From the NCBI GenBank assembly GCA_041649175.1, contig JBAZNR010000001.1, forward strand, positions 514,332-578,331: a stretch of DNA of 64,000 nt. Reading direction: 5' to 3'. The notes under the pieces are model-generated. The model saw only the letters and a list, made by a program, of their open reading frames with translations. It was not told the DNA's origin and did not search any database. The DNA is from Candidatus Omnitrophota bacterium (GTDB lineage: Bacteria; Omnitrophota; Gorgyraeia; Zapsychrales; JBAZNR01). This document shows positions 39,969-50,092 of this stretch, in pieces; the stretch's first letter is position 1, and every line of letters begins with the position of its first letter. Both the position numbers and the translations under genes were made by a program.

Positions 39969-39996
39969 TTGAACAATCGCGAAAAATAGATACAAT
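39969..39996 (+). promoter_or_regulatory. Sigma70-like promoter (TTGAAC-N16-TACAAT) upstream of the fis-like gene and gltBD
   Basis: Read directly. Confidence 0.45.
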
Positions 39997-40012
39997 TGGA
40001 GAGATTATTCTT

Positions 40013-40231
40013 ATGACAACGGATACCATTAATCAATATTTCTCAACGGTGCAAAGCGGACAGATCTACCGTTGCGTTATCGAAACGACCGAAAAAATGC
40101 TGATCGAAAAAGCGTTGGCACAATCATCCGGTAATCAACTGATCGCGGCCAGGATCTTGGGGCTCAACCGTAATACATTACGTACCAAAATAAAAAAGCT
40201 TAAAATTGATTTTCGGGGATTCAAACTATGA
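40013..40231 (+). CDS. Stand-alone Fis-family (NtrC C-terminal-like) HTH DNA-binding protein, 72 aa
   Basis: ...IEKALAQSSGNQLIAARILGLNRNTLRTKIKKLKI matches the Fis/NtrC HTH_8 motif. The stop overlaps the gltB start (ATGA). Confidence 0.6.
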   Translation: MTTDTINQYFSTVQSGQIYRCVIETTEKMLIEKALAQSSGNQLIAARILGLNRNTLRTKIKKLKIDFRGFKL

Positions 40232-43200
40232 AAGCACAAGGCCTTTACGATCCTTTTTTTGAACACGACAGCTGCGGGGTAGGGTTTGTCGTGAATATGA
40301 AAGGAAAAAAATCTCATAAGATCATCCAAGATGCTCTTCAGATATTGGAGAATTTAGGGCATCGCGGAGCTTGCGGCTGTGATCCTAAAACCGGGGACGG
40401 GGCGGGTATCAACATTCAAATTTCCGACGCTTTCTTTCGAAAAGAATGTTCCAAAAATCACATCACCCTTCCTAAAGAAGGCGATTATGCCGTCGGGATG
40501 CATTTTATGCCCACCAATTCTACCGAACGGGATACCATCGAAAAATGGATGGGCAACATTATCCGCGATGAAGGGCAGAAATTTTTAGGCTGGAGAGGGG
40601 TTCCTCACGACGGTTCTGTTATTGGGGAAGTGGCGCGCTCAGGCAAACCGGAATTCAGACAGCTTTTTATCGGCCGCGGCGCGGATACGCCTGCCGAACG
40701 ATTTGATATTAAATTGCATGTTATCCGAAAAAGGCTTTATCAAAAGATCAGACAATCCGAGCTTGCCCAAAAAGGCTATTACTACCTTTGCAGTTTGTCG
40801 ACGAAAACCATCGTCTACAAAGGCCAGCTGATGGCAAATCAGTTAAAGCAATTTTTCCCTGACTTAAATGATCCCGCCATGGTCTCTGCGTTAGCCATGG
40901 TCCATTCGCGTTACAGCACTAATACGTTTCCGTCATGGGCCTTGGCTCATCCGTACCGTTTTATCTGTCACAACGGCGAAATTAATACATTGCGCGGTAA
41001 CATTAACTGGATGCATGCGCGTGAACATCAATTTTCTTCTAAGCTTTTAGGAAGTGACCTGCAGAAAATATTTCCGATCGTTATTCCTCTGCGTAGTGAT
41101 AGCGCCACGTTTGATAATGCGCTAGAAATGCTGGTCTTAGCCGGACGCTCTTTGCCGCATGCCGTTATGATGATGATCCCCGAGGCATGGAGCGGACATG
41201 AGTCTATGGATGAGGAAAAAAAAGCTTTTTATGAGTATCATTCCTGTTTGATGGAACCCTGGGACGGGCCGGCATCGATTGCTTTTACCGACGGGCGTTA
41301 CATCGGCGCTGTTTTGGATAGAAATGGGCTTCGTCCTTCCAGATATTTAGTCACCAAGGATGATGTTGTTATTATGGCTTCCGAAACGGGCGTGTTGCCT
41401 ATTGCTCCGGAAAATGTTTCCAGAAAAGGGCGTTTGCAACCGGGAAAAATGTTCCTTATTGATACTCAAGAAGGCCGCATCATTGACGATAAGGAACTCA
41501 AACATTTCTATGCTACCCGAAAACCTTACGGTCAATGGCTTAAAGAAAATTTAATTCATCTTAAAGAATTGCCGGAACCAAAAAAAGTTTTTGGCCTTGA
41601 TGAAAAAACGCTGGTGGAGCGCCAGAAGGTGTTCGGTTATACATTGGAAGATTTGAAAATGATCTTGCCTCCTATGGTGACCAACGGCGAAGAAGCGACG
41701 GGTTCTATGGGCGCGGATAATCCCTTGGCGGTTCTCTCAGACCGGTCTCAGCCTTTATTTAATTATTTTAAACAACTCTTTGCGCAGGTCACTAATCCGC
41801 CGATCGATGCTATCCGCGAAGAGATCGTCATGTCCGAAGATGTCTTTTTGGGCGCCGAAGGAAATCTTCTGGAAGAAACTTCCGAACATTGCCGACGGCT
41901 TAAATTATCACATCCGGTCGTGACCAATAGAGAGTTGGAAAAAATCCGTCAGGTCCACAAGCCCGGGCTTAAAGCGACGACATTGCCGATCCTTTTTAAA
42001 TCTGGTGATGGGACCGGCGGCCTTGAAAAATCCTTAAGCGAACTTTTTTCTGCTGCTGATGCGGCCATCAAAAAAGGTTTTACGATCCTTATCTTGTCCG
42101 ATCGTGGTGTTAATCGTGACAATGTTCCCATACCGTCTTTGCTGGCGTGCTCTGGGCTTCATCATCACTTAGTCCGTCAAGGAACGCGCACCAAGGTTAG
42201 CTTGGTTCTGGAAACCGGTGAGGCGCACGAGATGCACCATTTTGCGGTTTTGATCGGCTACGGCGCTAATGCCATCAATCCTTATCTTGTTTTAGAAACG
42301 ATCGCAAGCGAGATTAAAAAAGGTGTTTTACCATCTGATCTATCTTATGACCGGGCCGCCAAGAATTTTATTAAAAGTACGCGTAAAGGATTGTTCAAGA
42401 TCATTTCCAAGATGGGTATTTCTACCATTCAATCTTATTGCGGGGCGCAGATCTTTGAGGCGGTGGGTTTAGGGCAGGAATTGATCGATAAATATTTTAC
42501 CGCCACACCTTCACGGATCGGCGGCATTGACATCAAGATCATCGCCGAAGAAATGTTGCGCCGCCACGCCCAAGCCTATCCGGCTTTAGGCGATATGGAA
42601 AAGATCCTTGATCCCGGCGGAGATTATCAGTGGCGTCAAGACGGTGAATATCATCAATATAATCCGGAAACAATTCCTTTATTGCAATTTGCGGTTCGAA
42701 GCGGCCGGTATGAAACTTATAAACAATATGCCAAGATCATCAATGACCGAAATAAGAATTTAGCCAATATTCGCGGGCTTTTGAAATTTAAAAAAGGAAA
42801 CCCTATTCCCTTATCGGAAGTGGAACCGGCTTCTGAAATTGTAAAACGTTTTGCGACAGGTGCTATGTCGTATGGTTCTATTTCTAAAGAAACGCATGAG
42901 ACGCTGGCCATTGCCATGAACCGTTTAGGCGGATTTTCCAATACGGGAGAAGGCGGCGAAGATGCCGAACGTTTTAAACCCGATGCCAACGGAGATTTGC
43001 GCCGAAGCCGCATTAAACAAGTTGCGCAAGGCCGGTTCGGCGTTACCATTGAATATTTAGTGAACGGCGATCAGTTGCAGATCAAAATGGCGCAAGGCGC
43101 TAAACCCGGTGAGGGCGGACAACTTCCTGGACATAAAGTGAGCGAAGAGATCGCCCGCACCCGCTACACAATGCCCGGCGTGCAGCTCATTTCTCCGCCG

Positions 43201-44766
43201 CCGCATCATGATATTTATTCTATTGAAGATTTGGCGCAACTGATCCATGATCTGAAAAATGCAAACTCAAAAGCTGATATTAGCGTCAAGCTTGTCTCTG
43301 AAGTTGGCGTGGGAACAGTGGCGGCCGGTGTGGCCAAGGGTAAATCCGACCATGTTCTTATCAGTGGTTATGAGGGCGGAACGGGAGCGAGCCCGCAGAC
43401 GTCTATTAAACATGCCGGGCTTCCTATGGAATTAGGCATTGCCGAAACCCAGCAAGTTTTAGTCATGAATGATCTGCGCGGGCGTATCCGCGTTCAGACC
43501 GACGGCCAGCTTAAAACCGGCCGTGATGTGGCGGTGGTTGCTATGTTGGGTGCTGATGAATTTGGTTTTTCAACATTGGCACTCATTTCTTTAGGGTGCG
43601 TTATGCTTCGCAAATGCCATTTGAATACATGTTCCGTCGGTATCGCGACTCAAGATCCGGAACTTCGAAAGAATTTTACCGGAAAGCCTGAATACGTGAC
43701 CAATCTCTTTACCTTCATTGCCGAAGAATGCCGTGAGATCATGGCTGAGCTCGGGTTTAGAAAGTTCGATGATATGGTTGGGTGCGTGGACATGTTGGAA
43801 ACTAAAGAAGCCATCGATCATTGGAAAGCCAAAGGCCTCGATCTAACCTATGTGCTGCACAAGCCCGATGTGCCGGCGCATGTGGCGATTCGTCATACCA
43901 GCCGGCAAGATCATGATTTAGCGGGTGCTTTAGACCATGAGCTTATTAAACTTTGCAAAGACGCTATCGAACATAAAAAAGCGGTGAAATTAGAAATACC
44001 GATCAAAAATGTCAATCGTACCGTCGGGACGATGCTGTCCAGTGAAATCGCGCGGCGTTATAATCTGGCAGGGCTTGCGGATGATACGATCAAAATTAAA
44101 TTTACCGGTTCCGCCGGACAAAGTTTCGGCGCCTTTTTGGCTCATGGCGTTACGCTGACTTTGGAAGGTGACTCCAATGATTATATCGGAAAGGGTTTAT
44201 CCGGTGGAAAGATCATTGTTTATCCGTCCAAATCCGCCACGTTTATTCCGGAAGAAAATATTTTAGTCGGCAATGTGGTTTTGTATGGCGCGGTGATGGG
44301 TGAGGCTTATTTTCGCGGGCTGGCCGGAGAACGGTTTGCGGTTCGAAACAGCGGTGCGTGGGCTGTGGTGGAAGGCATGGGCGATCATGGATGTGAATAT
44401 ATGACCGGCGGACGTGTGGTGGTTTTAGGCCCGACGGGGCGAAATTTTGCCGCCGGGATGAGCGGAGGCATCGCCTATGTTTGGGATAAAGATAAAACGT
44501 TTAGGAATCGTTGTAATTTAAACATGGTGGAGCTTTTTCCGGTCCAGATAGAATCCGATATTGCTGAATTAAAGACATTGATAGAAAATCATGCGCGTTA
44601 TACGCAAAGCTCGGTTGCTGAATTTGTTTTAAAGAATTGGAATGCAGTTTTGCCGCAATTCGTCAAAGTGTATCCGAACGATTACCGTCGTGTTTTAGAA
44701 GAAGCCGCTAAAGTTTTGGAAGTCAAAGAGGAAGATTTGGAAAAAGAAGTAATGTCGGATATGTAA
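40228..44766 (+). CDS. gltB: Glutamate synthase large subunit
   Basis: Ntn amidotransferase N-terminus (Cys after Met: ...FEHDSCGVGFV), FMN-binding domain and C-terminal GXGXG domain. 1512 aa. Confidence 0.95.
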   Translation: MKAQGLYDPFFEHDSCGVGFVVNMKGKKSHKIIQDALQILENLGHRGACGCDPKTGDGAGINIQISDAFFRKECSKNHITLPKEGDYAVGMHFMPTNSTERDTIEKWMGNIIRDEGQKFLGWRGVPHDGSVIGEVARSGKPEFRQLFIGRGADTPAERFDIKLHVIRKRLYQKIRQSELAQKGYYYLCSLSTKTIVYKGQLMANQLKQFFPDLNDPAMVSALAMVHSRYSTNTFPSWALAHPYRFICHNGEINTLRGNINWMHAREHQFSSKLLGSDLQKIFPIVIPLRSDSATFDNALEMLVLAGRSLPHAVMMMIPEAWSGHESMDEEKKAFYEYHSCLMEPWDGPASIAFTDGRYIGAVLDRNGLRPSRYLVTKDDVVIMASETGVLPIAPENVSRKGRLQPGKMFLIDTQEGRIIDDKELKHFYATRKPYGQWLKENLIHLKELPEPKKVFGLDEKTLVERQKVFGYTLEDLKMILPPMVTNGEEATGSMGADNPLAVLSDRSQPLFNYFKQLFAQVTNPPIDAIREEIVMSEDVFLGAEGNLLEETSEHCRRLKLSHPVVTNRELEKIRQVHKPGLKATTLPILFKSGDGTGGLEKSLSELFSAADAAIKKGFTILILSDRGVNRDNVPIPSLLACSGLHHHLVRQGTRTKVSLVLETGEAHEMHHFAVLIGYGANAINPYLVLETIASEIKKGVLPSDLSYDRAAKNFIKSTRKGLFKIISKMGISTIQSYCGAQIFEAVGLGQELIDKYFTATPSRIGGIDIKIIAEEMLRRHAQAYPALGDMEKILDPGGDYQWRQDGEYHQYNPETIPLLQFAVRSGRYETYKQYAKIINDRNKNLANIRGLLKFKKGNPIPLSEVEPASEIVKRFATGAMSYGSISKETHETLAIAMNRLGGFSNTGEGGEDAERFKPDANGDLRRSRIKQVAQGRFGVTIEYLVNGDQLQIKMAQGAKPGEGGQLPGHKVSEEIARTRYTMPGVQLISPPPHHDIYSIEDLAQLIHDLKNANSKADISVKLVSEVGVGTVAAGVAKGKSDHVLISGYEGGTGASPQTSIKHAGLPMELGIAETQQVLVMNDLRGRIRVQTDGQLKTGRDVAVVAMLGADEFGFSTLALISLGCVMLRKCHLNTCSVGIATQDPELRKNFTGKPEYVTNLFTFIAEECREIMAELGFRKFDDMVGCVDMLETKEAIDHWKAKGLDLTYVLHKPDVPAHVAIRHTSRQDHDLAGALDHELIKLCKDAIEHKKAVKLEIPIKNVNRTVGTMLSSEIARRYNLAGLADDTIKIKFTGSAGQSFGAFLAHGVTLTLEGDSNDYIGKGLSGGKIIVYPSKSATFIPEENILVGNVVLYGAVMGEAYFRGLAGERFAVRNSGAWAVVEGMGDHGCEYMTGGRVVVLGPTGRNFAAGMSGGIAYVWDKDKTFRNRCNLNMVELFPVQIESDIAELKTLIENHARYTQSSVAEFVLKNWNAVLPQFVKVYPNDYRRVLEEAAKVLEVKEEDLEKEVMSDM

Positions 44767-44858
44767 AAGGGGAAGTATTTCGCCCCCATAGTTTTGTTTA
44801 AAGAAACAAACAAAACTAAGCATGGGGGTAATGCCAGATATTTAAGAGGGAAAGCATT

Positions 44859-46298
44859 ATGGGTGATATAAAAGGTTTTATGAAATATAATCGGCAGGAT
44901 TTTGATAAACAGCCTGCGGCTGAGCGCGTAAAGCATTGGAAGGAATTTACGGCTTCTCCTTCTGACGAAGATTTGCGCAAACAAGGCGGGCGCTGCATGG
45001 ATTGTGGTATTCCGTTTTGTCAACAAGGCTGTCCGATTGGAAACATTATTCCCGATTGGAATGATCTGGTCTATCGTGACCGCTGGTTAGAGGCCATCGA
45101 GCGGCTTCATAAAACGAATAATTTCCCGGAATTTACCGGCCGCGTCTGTCCGGCACCTTGCGAAAATTCTTGTACTTTGGCGATCAATCGCCCTCCTGTC
45201 ACCATTAAGAATATTGAACTTTCCATTATTGAAAAAGCGTATGAAAAAGGCTGGGTGAGGCCGCAACCGCCGAAATTCCGTACCGGAAAAAAAGTAGCAG
45301 TGATCGGCTCCGGCCCGGCGGGCTTAGCTTGCGCGGATCAACTTAACAAATCCGGACACAGTGTTACGGTCTATGAAAAAAATGAATATTTAGGCGGGCT
45401 TTTAGCGCTGGGCATTCCGGATTTTAAATTAGAAAAATGGGTCATAGACCGCCGAACTAACCGCATGCGTGATGAAGGTGTTGTTTTCAAAACAAAAGTC
45501 AACGTGGGGAAAGATATTAGCAGTAAAGAACTTGCTAAGAAATATGATGCGGTTGTTCTCTGCGGCGGCGCAGAAGCACCGCGCGACTTGCAGGTTGCGG
45601 GCCGTGAACTTCAAGGCGTTTATCAAGCGATGGAATATTTGCCTCAGCAAAACCGTATCAATCGCGGACAGAGCATTGACTCTAAAACGAAAATTAACGC
45701 GCAAGGTAAAAAGGTCATTGTCTTAGGCGGCGGTGATACCGGTTCAGATTGCGTCGGGACCGCTAATCGGCAAGGAGCTCTCTCGGTCAAACAATTTGAA
45801 CTTCTTCCCGAACCGCCCAAAGAGCGCGGCGCCAATAATCCTTGGCCGCAATGGGCGCTGATCAAAAGAAAATCGACGTCACACGAAGAGGGTGTTGAGC
45901 AGGATTATTGCATTATGACCAAACGTTTATCGGGTGAAGGCGGAAAGTTAAAGAAGCTTCATGCTGTGCGCCTGGAATTTGGAGCCAAAGATCCAAAAAC
46001 CGGACGCGCCGAGATGAAGGAAGTTTTGGGGTCAGAATTTACGGTTGATGCCGATCTTATTTTTCTGGCCATGGGATTTTTAGGCCCTGTTAAGTCGGGG
46101 ATGATCGAAGAATTGGGCGTTGCGTTAGATGAGCGTGGTAATGTTAAAACCAATGAACATAAGATGACTTCTGTTCCGGGTGTTTTTGCCGCCGGAGATA
46201 TGCGCCGAGGCCAATCGCTGGTCGTTTGGGCGATTAATGAAGGCCGCAGTGCCGCCGTCGGCGTTGACAGCTGGCTTTTAGCTCAAAAGAAGAAATAA
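44859..46298 (+). CDS. gltD: Glutamate synthase small subunit (NADPH-dependent)
   Basis: Fe-S cluster Cys pattern (CMDCGIPFCQQGCP ... CPAPCENSC) and a Rossmann GSGPAG motif. Confidence 0.9.
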   Translation: MGDIKGFMKYNRQDFDKQPAAERVKHWKEFTASPSDEDLRKQGGRCMDCGIPFCQQGCPIGNIIPDWNDLVYRDRWLEAIERLHKTNNFPEFTGRVCPAPCENSCTLAINRPPVTIKNIELSIIEKAYEKGWVRPQPPKFRTGKKVAVIGSGPAGLACADQLNKSGHSVTVYEKNEYLGGLLALGIPDFKLEKWVIDRRTNRMRDEGVVFKTKVNVGKDISSKELAKKYDAVVLCGGAEAPRDLQVAGRELQGVYQAMEYLPQQNRINRGQSIDSKTKINAQGKKVIVLGGGDTGSDCVGTANRQGALSVKQFELLPEPPKERGANNPWPQWALIKRKSTSHEEGVEQDYCIMTKRLSGEGGKLKKLHAVRLEFGAKDPKTGRAEMKEVLGSEFTVDADLIFLAMGFLGPVKSGMIEELGVALDERGNVKTNEHKMTSVPGVFAAGDMRRGQSLVVWAINEGRSAAVGVDSWLLAQKKK

Positions 46299-46320
46299 TA
46301 GAAAAGAAAAAGATTTTTAG

Positions 46321-46367
46321 AAGGCCCATCCGCCAAAATGTTTGGCGGATGGGCCTTATTATTTTCT
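46321..46367 (+). terminator. Rho-independent terminator after gltD
   Basis: aaggcccatccgccaaa-atg-tttggcggatgggcctt followed by attattttct. Confidence 0.8.
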
Positions 46368-46536
46368 GAACGGTTGACAAAAAATAATCGCAAGAGTATA
46401 TTGCCCTTTATTGGGGCAATGACGTCCCGGTAAGTTTTCTCTATTTATAGGGCAATGAAGTTCTATAAATTGTTTTGGTTTGGATAAAGGACAAAGAAGT
46501 TCTTTAGAAACAGCTCAATGATGAGGAGGATGTTCC

Positions 46537-48177
46537 ATGCTTGAATGGCCTAAGACTAACGATGCGATCGGGGCAGTTAATCGTGGTGATCCGGCGGAAT
46601 CCGGTTTGTGTACATTGTGCCGCGCGGATTGCAAGGGCAGATGTGAAACATGGCTTTCCAGTTTAAGAGGCAGAAGTCTTCTTTACCCCCGCGATTTTGG
46701 TGTTATTACCGCAGGAAGCAGAAATACATCTCACGTTGGCGTATCTTATAGTTCGCTAAGAATTCAAGGTTACAATTACGGAGCCCACGGCCTTCCCAAA
46801 GGTTTGTCGAATTCGGCAGACGATTGTATCTTCCCCAATGTTGACGTAGGAACAAAATTTGGCAGGGAAATCGAAACCAAGGTCCGTGTTCCTATTATGA
46901 CGGGCGCTTTAGGTTCTACCTTTATTGCCGCGAAATATTGGGATTCCTTTGCTATCGGTGCGGCTTTAGTAGGGATGCCGATCGTTGTCGGAGAAAATGT
47001 AGTTGGTGTAGACAAAGAATCAGAGATCAAAAAAGGAAAGATCATTAAAGCTCCGGAATTAGACAGGCGAATTGAAACCTATCTAAAGTTCTTTGATGGA
47101 TTTGGCGCTATCATTGTTCAGATGAACGTGGAAGATACTCGTAACGGTGTTGCCGAATATCTGATGAAAGAATATGGTGATAAAGTTATTATCGAGCTTA
47201 AATGGGGCCAAGGCGCAAAGGATATCGGCGGAGAGATCCAAGTCAGTAATCTTGATTATGCCATCTTCTTAAAGAAGCGCGGCTATATTGTTGATCCCGA
47301 TCCGACGGATCCGACGGTGCAAAAAGCTTTTGAGGAACGGGCGATCAAGACATTCGCACGTCATAGCCGTTTGGGAGGCACGGATGCCGCCAATCCGGAA
47401 GAAGTCCGTGAACAATTTATGAAGGAAGTGGAGTATTTACGTAAGATCGGCTACAAAAGAATTACATTAAAGACAGGTTCTTATGGGATGGAAGCACTAG
47501 CCATGGCCATCAAATACGCGTCGGAAGCCGAACTTGATCTATTGACCATTGATGGATCCGGTGGCGGAACAGGGATGAGCCCGTGGAATATGATGGAGAC
47601 TTGGGGTGTTCCGTCACTTTTACTTCATGCGAAGGCTCATGAATACGCGTCTGTTTTAGCCAGTAAAGGACATAAGGTTGTGGATATGGCTTTTGCCGGA
47701 GGCTTAGCGCGAGAAGATCATATTTTTAAAGCGCTGGCTTTAGGCGCGCCGTTTACGAAGCTGGTGTGTATGGGCCGCGCGGTGATGATCCCGGGATTTT
47801 TGGGGTCGAATATCGAAGGCGTTATTAATCCGGACCGAAAAGAAAAAGTGCACGGCAATTGGAGTGATCTGCCGGCAAATGTCACGCATTTTGGGGCTTC
47901 TCCGGAAGAGATCTTTTCCGGATATCATGATGTGCGCAAAAAAGTAGGGGCAAGCCATATGAAGGACATTCCTTATGGGGCGGTTGCCATGTGGACTTTG
48001 GTGGATAAGTTAACGGCTGGTTTACAACAACTTCTCGCCGGTGTGCGTAAATTCTCGGTCACACAGATCTCCCGAGATGATCTTTTAGCGGCTAATCGAG
48101 AGACAGCCCAAGAAACAGGAATTCCTTTTATTACCGAAGCGCTTGATGAAAGTGCTAAGAAAATATTAGGAGAGTAA
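46537..48177 (+). CDS. Archaeal-type glutamate-synthase-related FMN oxidoreductase (GltB central-domain-like stand-alone protein)
   Basis: N-terminal Cys cluster (CTLCRADCKGRCE) followed by a TIM-barrel FMN domain resembling GltS domain 2 (...GSGGGTGMSPW...). Confidence 0.7.
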   Translation: MLEWPKTNDAIGAVNRGDPAESGLCTLCRADCKGRCETWLSSLRGRSLLYPRDFGVITAGSRNTSHVGVSYSSLRIQGYNYGAHGLPKGLSNSADDCIFPNVDVGTKFGREIETKVRVPIMTGALGSTFIAAKYWDSFAIGAALVGMPIVVGENVVGVDKESEIKKGKIIKAPELDRRIETYLKFFDGFGAIIVQMNVEDTRNGVAEYLMKEYGDKVIIELKWGQGAKDIGGEIQVSNLDYAIFLKKRGYIVDPDPTDPTVQKAFEERAIKTFARHSRLGGTDAANPEEVREQFMKEVEYLRKIGYKRITLKTGSYGMEALAMAIKYASEAELDLLTIDGSGGGTGMSPWNMMETWGVPSLLLHAKAHEYASVLASKGHKVVDMAFAGGLAREDHIFKALALGAPFTKLVCMGRAVMIPGFLGSNIEGVINPDRKEKVHGNWSDLPANVTHFGASPEEIFSGYHDVRKKVGASHMKDIPYGAVAMWTLVDKLTAGLQQLLAGVRKFSVTQISRDDLLAANRETAQETGIPFITEALDESAKKILGE

Positions 48178-48203
48178 AGCTGTTAAGAAAAGAGGTTAAA
48201 GAA

Positions 48204-48246
48204 AGGCGCCCCGCCAAAAATTGGCGGGGCGCCTTTTTGATTTTTT
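48204..48246 (+). terminator. Rho-independent terminator
   Basis: aggcgccccgccaaaaattggcggggcgcct followed by ttttgatttttt. Confidence 0.85.
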
Positions 48247-48338
48247 AACAATTTTAACAAAGAGAATATGTTTTATCTTGCCGTAAACAGGCGCGGGCTG
48301 TAAAATAACGGCAAGCTTAAAAACCTAAAGGAGATTCT

Positions 48339-48536
48339 TTGATGACAAAGATCACGGATTTGATCGAGTGGGATTATCTCGGCGCTAAACATAGTATTTA
48401 TGTGAAACATTTCTTCGATGATGATCGACGCAAAGGAGCGACGATCATTTTTGAAGACCTGACAAGGGATACAGTGACTGAGATCGTTATTCCTTCCAGG
48501 GTATTTCCTAAATTTCTAAGGGCTATTAATGGTTAA
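48339..48536 (+). CDS. Hypothetical small protein (65 aa)
   Basis: ORF with a good RBS (aaaggag). Confidence 0.4.
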   Translation: MMTKITDLIEWDYLGAKHSIYVKHFFDDDRRKGATIIFEDLTRDTVTEIVIPSRVFPKFLRAING

Positions 48537-49005
48537 GGAAAGCATGCCTCTTTTCATCCAATGGATCATTAACGTTTTTGGGTTGATGGTCGTTGTTTGG
48601 GTTGTTCCCGGGATCCAATCCCAGCATTGGCTGATCACGGTGATCGCGGCTTTGGTCCTGGGAGTCTTTAATATCGGCTTAAAACCGGTGATCCTTTTAT
48701 TGACCTTGCCGATCAATTTTTCAACGCTGGGCATCTTCACGCTTTTTATTAACGGATTTATGCTTTATCTTGTTTCCAGATTAATTGACGGATTTTCTAT
48801 CGCTAATTTCTCAAGTGCTTTTTGGGGAGCGCTGTTGCTGAGCATGATCAGCTTTTTGTTGAACCTTTTTGTGAATCCATCCCATCAATTCAAGTTCTAT
48901 TTTTACGGAAATAAAAATATGCGCAGTTCACCTCATGATGATGTGATCGATGTGGAAGCGACGACGAAAGATGACGACGACAAACAGCGAATCAATTTCG
49001 ATTAA
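48529..49005 (+). CDS. YvlD-like small membrane protein (phage_holin_4_2 / PF04020-like)
   Basis: About three TM segments with the pattern LGIFTLFINGFMLYLVSRL...GFSIANFSSAFWGALLLSMISFLLN. Confidence 0.6.
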   Translation: MVKESMPLFIQWIINVFGLMVVVWVVPGIQSQHWLITVIAALVLGVFNIGLKPVILLLTLPINFSTLGIFTLFINGFMLYLVSRLIDGFSIANFSSAFWGALLLSMISFLLNLFVNPSHQFKFYFYGNKNMRSSPHDDVIDVEATTKDDDDKQRINFD

Positions 49006-49429
49006 AGCAAAAAAGATAACCGCGGATAACTTTCGGCCCTATGGCCGGGTTATTTTCTATCCCGGAAAGGCAAAAAAAAGCAAAAAAGTTAATTTATTTC
49101 GCATTGTTGTCAAAGAACCGGTTTATCGTGGCTGGAGGATCGCCTACCTTATTTTGCGCGATAAAATGATCAAGCGTTTAGAACAGCACCCGCATTCTTT
49201 TGAAAGCTTCGAACCTGTTACCGGCCAAACACTTCTTTATGTGGCCAGAAAACCACGTAAAAACCATATCAAATGTTTTTATTTGGATCGTCCCATCATC
49301 TTAAAGAAAGGTATTTGGCATGGGGTTGTAACACTTTCTAAGGAATCTGAAATAAAACTTACCGAAAATGCGAGCGTGCGCTGTGTTTATGCGCCTTTAG
49401 GGTGTTTGTTGGGGCCTTCGAAAAGATAA
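48971..49429 (+). CDS. Ureidoglycolate-lyase-like (AllA family) cupin protein. Start uncertain; overlaps the upstream gene.
   Basis: ITADNFRPYGRVI and HPHSFESFEPVTGQTLLYVA resemble AllA/PF04115 blocks. Confidence 0.45.
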   Translation: MTTTNSESISIKAKKITADNFRPYGRVIFYPGKAKKSKKVNLFRIVVKEPVYRGWRIAYLILRDKMIKRLEQHPHSFESFEPVTGQTLLYVARKPRKNHIKCFYLDRPIILKKGIWHGVVTLSKESEIKLTENASVRCVYAPLGCLLGPSKR

Positions 49430-49571
49430 AGTGATCTTTTTAAATTTTAGGGTTATTTTTAAGAAAGTGGCACGCTGATTATACTTGACTAACCGTTTTC
49501 AATGGATATAATGATGCTGTCTTAAAAAACGAATAACGACAATTTAGTTTTACAACAACAAGGAGGGGGAA

Positions 49572-49877
49572 ATGAAAAAAGTTGTTATTGGATTGGTTGC
49601 GTTGTTCGCGCTTGTATTTTTTGCATCGCCAAGTTTCGCGCTTTTAAGGAGAGATATACAGATCGCGCGCGGTGAAGTTGTCAGTACGGATATCATGAAC
49701 AGTCAAGTGACCATCAAAGACGGTGCCGGTGTTTTATCAACGTTCAATGTAGACGCTGGAACAGTCAGATCGCTTATGAAGGGGCAGCGTATCAATATTA
49801 TTCACAAGGCCGGCAGTAAAACAGCTCAAAATGTTTCTATCCAAGGTGCTGGCCGAGCCGGAAAAAAAGGATATTAG
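49572..49877 (+). CDS. Small secreted hypothetical protein (101 aa)
   Basis: Signal peptide MKKVVIGLVALFALVFFASPSFA. RBS aaggaggggg. Confidence 0.5.
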   Translation: MKKVVIGLVALFALVFFASPSFALLRRDIQIARGEVVSTDIMNSQVTIKDGAGVLSTFNVDAGTVRSLMKGQRINIIHKAGSKTAQNVSIQGAGRAGKKGY

Positions 49878-49916
49878 AGCGCTTAGGTTTTTAGTTTTGT
49901 AAGTTTCAAGCACTAA

Positions 49917-49957
49917 AAGATCCTCTACAGTCGATATGATGTTGTAGAGGATTTTTT
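49917..49957 (+). terminator. Rho-independent terminator
   Basis: aagatcctctaca-gtcgatatgatgt-tgtagaggat followed by ttttt. Confidence 0.75.
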
Positions 49958-50092
49958 AGGGAGTTTTTCCAAAAGAAATCTTTTTAAGAAGTACGGCAGC
50001 AGCGATCTTTCGTTTGACAGAGTAAGTTTATCTAATATATCGAAGGGCAGATTTTTCCCCATCGCATCAACGATTACGGCCTTTAGGATCAG

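Noticed and set aside
49466-49482. tggcacgctgattatac, a sigma54-like -24 element
   Set aside because: No -12 GC dinucleotide. A good sigma70 promoter (TTGACT-N16-TATAAT) sits just downstream.
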